The position numbers and the translations under genes were made by a program. Below, in pieces: positions 46,484-55,762 of a stretch of DNA of 64,000 nucleotides. Source of the DNA: Chloroflexota bacterium (lineage in GTDB: Bacteria; Chloroflexota; Limnocylindria; Limnocylindrales; CSP1-4); assembly GCA_025454515.1 (NCBI GenBank), contig JALOOH010000005.1, positions 84 through 64,083 of the forward strand, read 5' to 3'. Position 1 is the first letter of the stretch, and the number at the start of each line of letters is the position of its first letter. The notes beneath the pieces are model-generated. The model saw only the letters and a list, made by a program, of their open reading frames with translations. It ran no database searches and was not told the DNA's origin.

Positions 46484-47533
46484 ATGACGGACCAGCAGAC
46501 CCCGGCCGCCGCGCCCGCCGGCGAGCCCATCCTCCTGACGAAGAAGGACTTCGTCTCCGACGTCGACCCGCGCTGGTGCCCCGGCTGCGGCGACTACTCG
46601 ATCCTCGCCCAGGCCCAGAAGGCCATGCCGGATTTCGGCTACAGGCGGGAGGACATCGTCTTCATCTCCGGGATCGGGTGCTCCGGCCGGTTCCCGTACT
46701 ACATGAACACGTACGGCTTCCACAGCATCCACGGCCGCGCGCCCACGCTCGCCACCGGGCTGAAGGCCTCGCGCCCCGAGCTCATGGTGTGGGTCATCAC
46801 CGGCGACGGCGATGCGCTGTCGATCGGCGGCAACCACATCCTCCACTCGATGCGGAAGAACGTCGACATCAAGGTCGTCATGTTCAACAACCGCATCTAC
46901 GGCCTCACGAAGGGCCAGGTCTCGCCGACCTCCGACTTCGGTCAGAAGACCAAGACGACGCCCGGCGGGTCGGTCAACTACCCGATCCACCCGCTCGTGG
47001 TGGCGCTCGCCGCCGAGGCGAGCTTCGTCGCCCGCTCCGTGGACACCTTCCCCGATCACCTGCAGGAGACGATCTCGCGGGCGGGGCACCACAAGGGCTC
47101 GACCTTCGTCGAGGTCCTCCAGAACTGCAACATCTTCAACGACGGCGCCCACCGCGAGTTCACCGACAAGGAGGTCCGGGACGACCGGATGATCTTCCTG
47201 CGGCACGGCGAGCCGATGATCTTCGGGAAGGACCGCGACCGGGGCATCCGCCTCAACGGCGTCCGCCCCGAGGTGGTCCGGCTGGGCGACGGGATCACCG
47301 AGGAGGACCTGCTCGTCCACGACGAGACGTCCGAGGACCCCACGATCCACTTCATGCTCGGCCGGATTTACTGGCCCGAGTTCCCCGTGCCGGTGGGCGT
47401 CATCCGCAACGTCTCCCGCACCACGCACGACGCCCTTCTGCAGGGGCAGGTGGACGAGGCCATCCGCCGCGAGGGCCGGGGCGACCTGCGGACCGCCCTC
47501 GGCGGCGGCGAGACGTGGACCGTCGGGGGCTGA
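46484..47533 (+). CDS. korB: 2-oxoglutarate/2-oxoacid:ferredoxin oxidoreductase subunit beta
   Basis: TPP-binding and [4Fe-4S] motif WCPGCGDY...GIGCSGR, GDGD. Confidence 0.9.
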   Translation: MTDQQTPAAAPAGEPILLTKKDFVSDVDPRWCPGCGDYSILAQAQKAMPDFGYRREDIVFISGIGCSGRFPYYMNTYGFHSIHGRAPTLATGLKASRPELMVWVITGDGDALSIGGNHILHSMRKNVDIKVVMFNNRIYGLTKGQVSPTSDFGQKTKTTPGGSVNYPIHPLVVALAAEASFVARSVDTFPDHLQETISRAGHHKGSTFVEVLQNCNIFNDGAHREFTDKEVRDDRMIFLRHGEPMIFGKDRDRGIRLNGVRPEVVRLGDGITEEDLLVHDETSEDPTIHFMLGRIYWPEFPVPVGVIRNVSRTTHDALLQGQVDEAIRREGRGDLRTALGGGETWTVGG

Positions 47534-47576
47534 CAGGGATGCGGACGGCGGCCGGCGGAAGGCGCGAGGGGCGCGC

Positions 47577-48761
47577 GTGACGCAGGCCGCCGGCGCCGGC
47601 CGGCCGTCGATCGGTGCCGGCCGCCTCGCTCACCGGCTGTCGCGCGCCCGCCATCTCGCGCTCGAGGCCGGGCGGGACGCGCTCCTCGTCGGCGTCGGCG
47701 CGGACCTCCGGTATCTGTCCGGGTACGCGCCCCCGCCGCTCGAGCGGCTGACGATGCTGGTGGTCCCGGCCCACGGACGGCCGTCCCTCGTCGTGCCGCG
47801 CCTGGAGGCGATGGCCGCCCGCGCGATCCCCGTCGTCGAGGCGGAGACCGTCGCGGTCGTCCCGTGGGACGAGACCGACGACCCTTTCGCCCTGGTCGCC
47901 GGGCTCGTCGAGCGCGGCGCGCCGGACGGCGCACGGCCCCCGTCGGCCGTCGCGGTCTCCGACCGGCTGTGGGCCACGTTCGTGCTGCATCTCCAGGAGG
48001 CGCTGCCGACCGCTCGGTTCTCGCTGCTCTCCGACGTCCTCCGCGGCGAGCGGATCGTCAAGGATCCCGACGAGGTGGACCTGCTGCGCGCGGCGGCGCA
48101 CGCGGCCGACCGCGCCCTCGAGCAGGTCGCCCACGGTCGACTCATCGGGCGCACCGAGGCCGACGTGAGCCGCGAGGTCCGCGACCGCCTCGTGGCGGAG
48201 GGCCACGACGAGGCGTCGTTCGCGATCGTCGCGAGCGGCCCCAACTCCGCGTCCCCGCACCATGAGCCGGCCGACCGCGTGATCCGGGCCGGGGAGCCGA
48301 TCGTGCTCGACATCGGCGGATCGCTCGGCGGGTACGGGAGCGACATCACGCGGACGCTGTGGGTCACCGGCGGCGAGCCCTCCCGCGGCCCCGACCCGGA
48401 CTTCCTGGCGCTGTACGGCGTCCTGCGGGACGCGCAGGCGGCCGCCACGCGGGAGGTCCGGCCGGGCGTCCCGGCCGAGCACATCGACGCGGTGGCGCGC
48501 GAGATCATCACCGCGGCGGGGTACGGCGGGGCGTTCATCCACCGGACCGGCCACGGCATCGGCCTCGAGGAGCACGAGGACCCGTACCTGGTGGCGGGGA
48601 ATGCCACGCCGCTGCGCGCGGGGATGGCGTTCTCGATCGAGCCCGGGATCTACCTCGACGGCCGGTACGGTGCTCGGATCGAGGACATCGTCGTGTGCGG
48701 CGAGGACGGCCCGATCGTGCTCGACGCCGTCACGCGGGACCTGCTCGTCGTCCACGGGTAG
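47577..48761 (+). CDS. M24-family Xaa-Pro dipeptidase/aminopeptidase
   Basis: Metal ligands in DIG..LGGYGSDITRT, HRTGHGIGLEEHE, FSIEPGIY. N-terminal creatinase-like domain. Confidence 0.85.
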   Translation: MTQAAGAGRPSIGAGRLAHRLSRARHLALEAGRDALLVGVGADLRYLSGYAPPPLERLTMLVVPAHGRPSLVVPRLEAMAARAIPVVEAETVAVVPWDETDDPFALVAGLVERGAPDGARPPSAVAVSDRLWATFVLHLQEALPTARFSLLSDVLRGERIVKDPDEVDLLRAAAHAADRALEQVAHGRLIGRTEADVSREVRDRLVAEGHDEASFAIVASGPNSASPHHEPADRVIRAGEPIVLDIGGSLGGYGSDITRTLWVTGGEPSRGPDPDFLALYGVLRDAQAAATREVRPGVPAEHIDAVAREIITAAGYGGAFIHRTGHGIGLEEHEDPYLVAGNATPLRAGMAFSIEPGIYLDGRYGARIEDIVVCGEDGPIVLDAVTRDLLVVHG

Positions 48762-48884
48762 CAGCCGCCGGGCCGGCTCTCGACCGCGCCGCGGTGTACG
48801 CTTCGCCGGACGCGCCTCCGCCGGGAGCACCGGCCCGCGCCGACCGGCCACCACCCGCGGCCTCCGCCGCTCACCTGGAACCTC

Positions 48885-49343
48885 GTGGACGACGACCTCG
48901 CGCAGCCGCGCACCTCCGACGACACGGCGCCGCTCATCGCGGCAGCGCCGGTCCCGCCTCCGGACCGGCCGGGCCCGGCCGCGATCGATGGCGCGTCCGA
49001 CGCGGGCCCGCCACCCGCCTCCCGGGCCGCCCCGTCCGACGGCGCCGCAGCGCCGACCAACGGGTCCGGCGCGACGGCGTCGCAGCTCCGACGCTTCATC
49101 AAGAGCCGGCCCTGGGTCCCCATGCACGAGCTGCGACGCCGGTTCGGGATCGAGGGGCCGGAGGACGACATGGCCCCCGTGGACGTCGGGGCCGTGCGGA
49201 TCTTCGTCGGGCTGCCCGCCCGGGAGGCCGGCCTGCTCGGCGACCTGATCCGCCAGGGCGAAGTCGGGTACGAGCTGGTGCACGACCCCGACTGCCCCGC
49301 GATCGCCGGCGTCTACCCGATGCGGCCGGTCGTCCGCACCTGA
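48885..49343 (+). CDS. hypothetical protein
   Basis: Only the C-terminal half (SQLRRFIKSRPWVPMHELRRRFGIEG...VHDPDCPAIAGVY) looks protein-like. The N-terminal half is low complexity. Confidence 0.35.
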   Translation: MDDDLAQPRTSDDTAPLIAAAPVPPPDRPGPAAIDGASDAGPPPASRAAPSDGAAAPTNGSGATASQLRRFIKSRPWVPMHELRRRFGIEGPEDDMAPVDVGAVRIFVGLPAREAGLLGDLIRQGEVGYELVHDPDCPAIAGVYPMRPVVRT

Positions 49344-49352
49344 CGACCGGCG

Positions 49353-51770
49353 TCAGGCCCCCGAGGCCTCCGCCGCCGCGAGCGCAGCACGGATCCGCTC
49401 CAGCCGACGCGGCCGCTCGCGGACGAACCGCTCGATCGCCGCGAGGATGTGGTCCGGGTCGAGGTGCGCCTCCTCGATGACCTCGTCCACCGACCCGCCG
49501 GTCCGCCATCGGTCGTCCCAGTCGGCGCCGAGCGAGTACTCCTCCACGACCGGCCCGGAGGCCCAGTCGCGCATGAGGCGGACGGCGCCGTTCGTCACGA
49601 CCATCGCGTCGAGACGGTCGGCCTCGGATGCCACCGCGTCCCGGTATGCGGCGTCCTGCCGGCGGAAGAGCTCCTCGCTCTCCGCCGCCACCACGCGCAC
49701 GTTGAGGCCGCGGCGATCGAGCTCGGGCAGGATCGAGACGAGGTTCTGCGTGGACATCGTCCCCCGGACGAAGACCGTCCCGCCGCGCGGCTCGCCGGGG
49801 CGGAAGTCCCGCAGCACGTACGCCCCGCGCGCGGCCTCCAGGTGCGACGGCATGCCGAGCGCTTCGCGGTCCGGGATCGCGATCGGCGGCCGCGTCAGGT
49901 GCAGGACGACGATCGGCACGTCGGTCGCGAACGCCGCCGCGAGCAGCACCGGGACCTCGTTGTACTCCCACGGGTGGAGCTCGATCACGTGCCCGGTCGG
50001 GAAGAGCTGCATGACGCCCGGCTCGAAGATGCCGAAGTGCGTCCGGCTGTCCTCCGCCGTCTCGGGCCCGGAGTGGCCGGCGACGTACAGGAGCCGCCCC
50101 ATCCGCAGGTCCGCGTCCTGGGCCATCTGGCTGAAGAGGCGGAGCGGTCCGTACTTGAGGTAGCTGAACGAGCCGTACGTGCTCATCGCGCCCCAGTACC
50201 CGTCGAACTCCGCGAAGGGGTCCTCGGCGAGGTTCACCGAGGCCATCCCGGCGAGCATCCCGGCGTTGGTGAACTCCGTGATCTCGGTCGGGAGCAGCGC
50301 GCCCGTCGGGTTCTCGTCGCGCTCGTACCAGCCGCCGCCGGTCTCGCCGCCGAAGCCGTGGCCGAACCCTGCGAGATTCGTCGACTCCGCGAGGTCCGCC
50401 GACGCGGCCACGAAGAGCGGCCGGCCATGGTCGCGCAGGGCGGTGGCGTTCACCCAGCCCGCCCACGCGGCGAGCCCGGCGCGGTTCGGGGCGCTCTCGC
50501 CCGGCCGCTTCCACATCGCCTCCGGGTACGCGGACGTGTCGAAGAGGCGCGCGTCGGAGAAGACGCCCCGCGACCGGTCCCCGAGCCGGTACCCGGGGAT
50601 CTGCTCCGGGACCGTCGCGGCGATCGCGAGGAGCCGGTCGGAGAGCCAGCGGACGAGGTCCGGGTCGCGGCGGAGGACGGAGAGCGCGACGTCGAGGTTG
50701 CGCGACGCCTGCGCCGTCCGCTCGGACGGGTCCGTCGGAGCCGGCTCGTCCACCCCTTCGTAGGTCACGCCGTGGCGGGCCATGAAGTCCCTGCGCACCG
50801 CCCAGAACTCGGGGGCGTGGCGCGGCCACGGGGTGCCGTGGCTGGCGGCGCCGGACTTGCCGTACCCGCGCCCCTTCTGGGTCCGGAACCACGCGACCGA
50901 CGGGACGCCGGGGTCCGAGCCGCGGGTCACGTCGAGGAGGGCGCGCGTCACGGGGCCCCAGGCCATCCCGTCGTCGGTGCCGGTGACGCGCCAGCCGTAC
51001 GGGGCGAACCAGTCCGTCGGAGAGCCCGGGACGACGCTCGACGCGGGGCGCCCGTCGATGCCGAAGTCGTTCCAGTCCACGAGGAAGACGAGGTTGGAGA
51101 GGCCCAGGCCCCAGGCGGTGTTCTTCGTCTCGTGCGTGGCCCCGGGCGTGAGGCCGCCCTCGCCCTCGACGACGAAGACCTTCACCTCGCCGGCGCCGGA
51201 CATCCGGAGCGCGAGCGCCTCGCCGGCGGCGACGGGCATCCCGTGGCCGGACGGGCCGGTGTTCGCCTTGAAGAAGAGCGTGCGCCCGGCCATCTCGGCG
51301 TGCCCGGGCAGGCCGTCGCGGCGGCGCAGGCGGAGGAGCCACTCCGCGGTGAGCGCCCACCGGCCGTCGTCGGGGAAGGCGAAGCGCGCGTCGCCGTCGA
51401 GCTCCACGCGGGCACGGAGGCTCTCGTTGAGGACGGCGAGCATCGAGTAGACGGCCGGCACCGTGTGCCCGGCGGACAGGACGAACCGGTCCGCGAACCG
51501 CAGCCACGGCCGGCGGATGTCCCACCGCATCGCGCCCGACAGGAGGAGCGCGAGGAGCATGTGGACCTTCGAGCGGGATCCGCCCGGGTGGCCGCTCTGG
51601 CGGTCGTTCAGGGCGAGGTCCATGCATTCGTCGACGATGTCCTTGACGATCTCCCAGCGGTCGAAGTCGGCCGCCGCCTCGGCGAAGAGGCGGTCCACCG
51701 GGCCGGGACCGGGAGCCGCGGGCCCGCCGGCGAGCGCCGACCCGCCCCGGACCTGCGCCGCGCCGCTCAT
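49353..51770 (-). CDS. transketolase-family thiamine-diphosphate enzyme (805 aa)
   Basis: Start at the ATG where protein-like sequence begins (MSGAAQVRGG...). SGHPGGSRSKVHMLLAL TPP motif. Long C-terminal domain. Confidence 0.75.
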   Translation of the reverse strand: MSGAAQVRGGSALAGGPAAPGPGPVDRLFAEAAADFDRWEIVKDIVDECMDLALNDRQSGHPGGSRSKVHMLLALLLSGAMRWDIRRPWLRFADRFVLSAGHTVPAVYSMLAVLNESLRARVELDGDARFAFPDDGRWALTAEWLLRLRRRDGLPGHAEMAGRTLFFKANTGPSGHGMPVAAGEALALRMSGAGEVKVFVVEGEGGLTPGATHETKNTAWGLGLSNLVFLVDWNDFGIDGRPASSVVPGSPTDWFAPYGWRVTGTDDGMAWGPVTRALLDVTRGSDPGVPSVAWFRTQKGRGYGKSGAASHGTPWPRHAPEFWAVRRDFMARHGVTYEGVDEPAPTDPSERTAQASRNLDVALSVLRRDPDLVRWLSDRLLAIAATVPEQIPGYRLGDRSRGVFSDARLFDTSAYPEAMWKRPGESAPNRAGLAAWAGWVNATALRDHGRPLFVAASADLAESTNLAGFGHGFGGETGGGWYERDENPTGALLPTEITEFTNAGMLAGMASVNLAEDPFAEFDGYWGAMSTYGSFSYLKYGPLRLFSQMAQDADLRMGRLLYVAGHSGPETAEDSRTHFGIFEPGVMQLFPTGHVIELHPWEYNEVPVLLAAAFATDVPIVVLHLTRPPIAIPDREALGMPSHLEAARGAYVLRDFRPGEPRGGTVFVRGTMSTQNLVSILPELDRRGLNVRVVAAESEELFRRQDAAYRDAVASEADRLDAMVVTNGAVRLMRDWASGPVVEEYSLGADWDDRWRTGGSVDEVIEEAHLDPDHILAAIERFVRERPRRLERIRAALAAAEASGA

Positions 51771-52957
51771 CGGGCCCCCGTCCGGCTCGTGGCGAGCGGC
51801 TCGATGACCGTCCGCATGCGCCGCAGCGCCTCGGCGATGTTCTCGCGGGAGTTCGCGTACGAGAGCCGGATGTGGTCGCGCCCGACCGTCCCGAACGCCG
51901 TCCCCGCGAGGACCGACACGCCCGCCTCCCGGAGGAGTGTGTCGGCGAGCGTCGCGCCATCCACGCCGGTCCCCGAGATCTCGGGGAAGACGTAGAAGGC
52001 GCCCCTCGGTCGCAGGCACGACACGCCGGGGATCGCGTTGAGGCCGTCCACCACGAGGTCGCGACGCGCCCGGAACTCCGCCACCATCGCGTCCACCGTG
52101 TCCTGGGGGCCGGTGAGGGCCTCGACCGCGCCGTCCTGGGCGAACGTCGTCGCACCCGAGACCGAGTTGATGAGCAGGCGCCCGAACCCGTGCCCGAGCC
52201 AGGCCGGGACGATCCCGTACCCGAGGCGCCAGCCGGTCATCGCGTACGTCTTGCTGAAGCCGTCGAGCACGATCGTCCGGTCCGCCATCCCGGGCAGCGC
52301 GGCGATCGACGCGTGCTCCTCGCCGTCGTAGAGGATCCGCGAGTAGATCTCGTCCGAGAGGACGACGAGGTCCCTTTCGATCGCGATCTCGGCGATCCGC
52401 CGGAGGTCCTCCGCGGTCAGCACGCCGCCCGTCGGGTTCGCCGGCGAGTTGATGACGATCATCCGCGTGCGCGGTGTCACGAGCGACGCGAGCTCGTCGG
52501 TGTCGAGGCGGAAGTCGTTCGACTGGCGGATCGGGATCGGGACCGCGGTGCCGCCGACGAACCGGGTGACCGACTCGTAGATCGGGTAGCCAGGGTCGGG
52601 GACGATCACCTCGTCCCCCGGATCCACGAGGGCGAGGATCGCGTAGTACATGACGCCCTTGCCGCCGACCGTCACGAAGACGTTCGCCGGGTCCGGCTCG
52701 AAGCCTCGGCGCAGCGCGGTGTCGGCGGCGATCGCGGCCCGCAGCTCGGGGATCCCCGGGAAGGGCGGGTAGTGGGTGCGGCCGCGATCGAGCGCGCTCT
52801 TCGCCGCCTCGCGGATGTTCGCCGGGGTATCGAAGTCGGGCTCGCCGATCTCGAGGTGGATGACGCTCCGCCCGGTCGCCTCGAGGGCGCGGGCGCGGGC
52901 GGCGGCCTCGAATGCCGTCTCCGTCCCGATCGACTCCATCCTGCTCGCGAGCCGCAT
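51767..52957 (-). CDS. class-I PLP-dependent aminotransferase (aspartate/aromatic type)
   Basis: SKTYAMTGWRLGY (PLP lysine). NSPANPTG. 4-nt overlap with the downstream transketolase-like gene. Confidence 0.85.
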   Translation of the reverse strand: MRLASRMESIGTETAFEAAARARALEATGRSVIHLEIGEPDFDTPANIREAAKSALDRGRTHYPPFPGIPELRAAIAADTALRRGFEPDPANVFVTVGGKGVMYYAILALVDPGDEVIVPDPGYPIYESVTRFVGGTAVPIPIRQSNDFRLDTDELASLVTPRTRMIVINSPANPTGGVLTAEDLRRIAEIAIERDLVVLSDEIYSRILYDGEEHASIAALPGMADRTIVLDGFSKTYAMTGWRLGYGIVPAWLGHGFGRLLINSVSGATTFAQDGAVEALTGPQDTVDAMVAEFRARRDLVVDGLNAIPGVSCLRPRGAFYVFPEISGTGVDGATLADTLLREAGVSVLAGTAFGTVGRDHIRLSYANSRENIAEALRRMRTVIEPLATSRTGAR

Positions 52958-53078
52958 GTGACGGTCCCTCCGACGACGGCGGGACCGGCGCGAGCGGCCT
53001 CGCGCACCTCGATCGGCGCCGGGGAGACCATCGCCCCGAGGACCGATAACGTCAAGCGCGTCTTTCTACCGGCATCGT

Positions 53079-54074
53079 TCAGCGTTGCTGAACGATGCCG
53101 GCCCGAGGCGACGGCGCGGGCGCGGACGCGGGCGCGACCACATGGCCGTCGCCGTCGCCGGCCCCCGGCCCGAGGAGCGCGGCGAGCGTGGTCGCCACCG
53201 CCGGGTGCGCCCGGCGCTCGGGCTTCAGCGCGACCATCACCCGGCGATGGAGGGGCGGATCGAGCGGGGCCACGATCGCGCGCACGTCCCGCTCGCGGAG
53301 CGCGAGGCCGGGCAGGACCGCCGCGCCGAGGCCTGCCTCGACGAGGGCGACGATCACGCCGTAGTCACGGCAGTTGGAGCGGACGATCGGCTCGAAGCCG
53401 GACCGCCGGAAGTGGCGGAGGACCGCGCGGTAGATGGTGCTCGTCTCCGTGTCCATGATCCATGGGACCGCAGCCAGGCCCTCGAGGGGCAGCGTGCCGC
53501 CCGGAGCGGCTGCGCGCGCGGCGAGCCCGGACGGCACCAGGTCGGGCGGTACGGCGACGAACAGGGGATCGTCCATCAGGTCGAGCAGCTCGACGCCGGG
53601 CTCGCGGACCCGCGCCGACTCGTCGTACTCGTCGACGAGCGCGAGGTCGACCTCGTCGAGGCGGAGCGCCGCGAGGCTCTCTTCGGTCTCGAGGTCCCGG
53701 AGGGTGAGGCGCAGGCGCGGGTTCGCCCGTCCCAGCTCCGCGATGACCCCCGGCACGATCGCACGAGCCGCCGTGGGGAAGGCGGCGATCCGCAGCGTCC
53801 CCGCGACCTCGTCGCGCGTGGCGGCGAGGTCGGATTCGGCCGCGACGATCGCCGCGGTGATCGCGTCGGCGTGGCGGACGAGCATCTCGCCGGCGTCGGT
53901 GAGCCGGACGAGACGGCCGTGGGGCTCGAGGAGGGCGACGCCGGCCTCGGCCTCGAGGATCCGGAGCTGCTGGCTGACGGCCGACGGAGTGACGGACATC
54001 GCCGCCGCGGCGGCGCGGATGGTGCCGCGGCGGCCGACCTCGCGGAGCAGCTGGAGCCGCCAGACCCCGAGCAT
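53079..54074 (-). CDS. LysR-family transcriptional regulator
   Basis: N-terminal HTH LLREVGRRGTIRAAAAAMSVTPSAVSQQLRILE plus LysR substrate-binding domain. Confidence 0.85.
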   Translation of the reverse strand: MLGVWRLQLLREVGRRGTIRAAAAAMSVTPSAVSQQLRILEAEAGVALLEPHGRLVRLTDAGEMLVRHADAITAAIVAAESDLAATRDEVAGTLRIAAFPTAARAIVPGVIAELGRANPRLRLTLRDLETEESLAALRLDEVDLALVDEYDESARVREPGVELLDLMDDPLFVAVPPDLVPSGLAARAAAPGGTLPLEGLAAVPWIMDTETSTIYRAVLRHFRRSGFEPIVRSNCRDYGVIVALVEAGLGAAVLPGLALRERDVRAIVAPLDPPLHRRVMVALKPERRAHPAVATTLAALLGPGAGDGDGHVVAPASAPAPSPRAGIVQQR

Positions 54075-54181
54075 CCGACCCTCCCTCGACCGTCCGGCGA
54101 CGGGCCGCGCCGGTCGTCCGAGTCTATCCCGTGCCGCCGGGCGGCGACCGCGTCACGGCCGCGCCCGGATCGCCGGCGACG

Positions 54182-54946
54182 TCACCCGACCATCGCCACC
54201 GCGGGCACCCGCACGCCCTCGCGCGCGAGGAGCGTCGACTTGATCGCGAGCATGTCGTCGCGCGTGCCGGTCCAGCCCCCGCCGTACCCGCCGAGCGTCC
54301 CGTCGCCGGCGAGGATCCGGTGGCAGGGCACGACGATCGGCACCGGGTTGCGTCCCAGCGCACCGCCGACGGCGCGCGCCGCCCCCGGCCGTCCGATCAT
54401 CCGCGCGAGCCTGCCGTACGACGTGACCTCCCCGTACCCGAGGCGCGCCGCGCCCCCGAGGACGGCGCGGTCCCAGTCCGAGAGGCCGGCGAGGTCCACC
54501 GGGACGTCGAACGACGTGCGCCGGCCGGCGAAGTACTCGTCGAGCTCGGTGACCGTCCGGTCGATCGTCGCGCGCCAGGCGGCCGGGACGGCCGGGTCCG
54601 ACATGGCGACGACGCGGCCGTGGAGCCGCCTCGCAACGTCCGCCACGAACTCCGCCTCGGGCTGCCGGAGGCTCACCGCGACGAGGCCGCGGTCCCCCGC
54701 GACGAGATGGACGGGGCCCCACGGGGCCGCGCACACGGCGTGGACGGCTGCGACGGGGGCCGCAGCCTCCGGGGAGGCGCCCCGGCGTGCCGCGGCCGCG
54801 CCGTCGGCCGCCGCGAGGGCCCGGCGCGTGCGCGCCTGGGCCGTGGCCGTCTCGGTCGCGAGCGCCGCGGCGTCGGGGATCGGGTCGCCGGAGCGGAGCA
54901 GCGCTTCGAGCGCCTGCGCGTCGGGGGTCCGGGTGCGGGGCGTCAT
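54182..54946 (-). CDS. ogt: methylated-DNA-[protein]-cysteine S-methyltransferase with ~65-aa N-terminal extension
   Basis: RBS ggaga. Active site VPCHRI. Helix-turn-helix (YGEVTSYGRLARMIG). Ogt N-terminal domain from about residue 70. The extra Ala-rich N-terminus has no obvious motif. Confidence 0.8.
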   Translation of the reverse strand: MTPRTRTPDAQALEALLRSGDPIPDAAALATETATAQARTRRALAAADGAAAARRGASPEAAAPVAAVHAVCAAPWGPVHLVAGDRGLVAVSLRQPEAEFVADVARRLHGRVVAMSDPAVPAAWRATIDRTVTELDEYFAGRRTSFDVPVDLAGLSDWDRAVLGGAARLGYGEVTSYGRLARMIGRPGAARAVGGALGRNPVPIVVPCHRILAGDGTLGGYGGGWTGTRDDMLAIKSTLLAREGVRVPAVAMVG

Positions 54947-55605
54947 CGGTGTGTCTCCAGGTGCGGCGCCAGCGTCGCGCGGAGGCGGCGGAGGCCGCGG
55001 CTCACGATCTGGCGCGCGTTCTCGTCGGTGCAGTCGAGGATCTCCGCGACCTCGGCGTACGCGGCGCCCTCGAGGACGCGCGCGACGACCGCTGCCCGTT
55101 CGCGGGCGGGCAGGGCCGCGAGCGCGGAGCGCACGGTCGCGCGCAGCTCGGCCGCCTCCGCGCGGGCCGCCGGGTCGTCCGAGGCGCCCGCCGCATGCTC
55201 GGCTGCGGCGTCCGGGGCGGCGGCCTCGACGGCGCGGACGGCCCGCCGCCGGTACGCGTCGGTGGCGACGTTGGCCGCGATCCGGTGGAGCCACGCCCGG
55301 TGGTTGGCCTCCGGGGGAAGCCGGTCCCACGCCCGGTGGGCGCGGAGGAAGGTCTCCTGGTGGAGGTCGGCGGCGTCCTCCGCCGTGAGGGTGAGTCGCC
55401 GGAGGTGGCGGTGGATCTCCGCTCCGTGCAGCTCGAGCAGGTCCGAGACCGATCCAGGCGTGGTGGGCCCGCCGGTGCCGGTGACGGGCGCGCGCGCCGG
55501 CGGCCGGCGCCGCGCGGCGTCGGCCGCCGCGGCGCCGGGTCCGTCGATGCGTGGTGCGCCCCGGGAGCCCGGGGTCCCGATGGGCGGGTCCTGGAAGGTC
55601 ATCAT
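54943..55605 (-). CDS. ECF-subfamily RNA polymerase sigma-70 factor
   Basis: Region 2 (LHQETFLRAHRAWDRL...RAWLHRIAANVATDAYRRR) and region 4 (LPARERAAVVARVLEGAAYAEVAEIL). 4-nt overlap with the ogt start. Low-complexity N-terminus, start uncertain. Confidence 0.8.
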   Translation of the reverse strand: MMTFQDPPIGTPGSRGAPRIDGPGAAAADAARRRPPARAPVTGTGGPTTPGSVSDLLELHGAEIHRHLRRLTLTAEDAADLHQETFLRAHRAWDRLPPEANHRAWLHRIAANVATDAYRRRAVRAVEAAAPDAAAEHAAGASDDPAARAEAAELRATVRSALAALPARERAAVVARVLEGAAYAEVAEILDCTDENARQIVSRGLRRLRATLAPHLETHR

Positions 55606-55762
55606 GCCCACTGTGACGCATCGGCCCGCCGGTCGTGACAGGGCGCTCTCCGGGCCGGGCCTCCCAGCCCGGCAGGTGGCCTCCATGCTCCCTCGCCCGC
55701 CGCCGCGCGGAGCGTCCGCCGTACGCTAGTCTCAACGACGCACAGCGGATGGAGGGCGAAGC

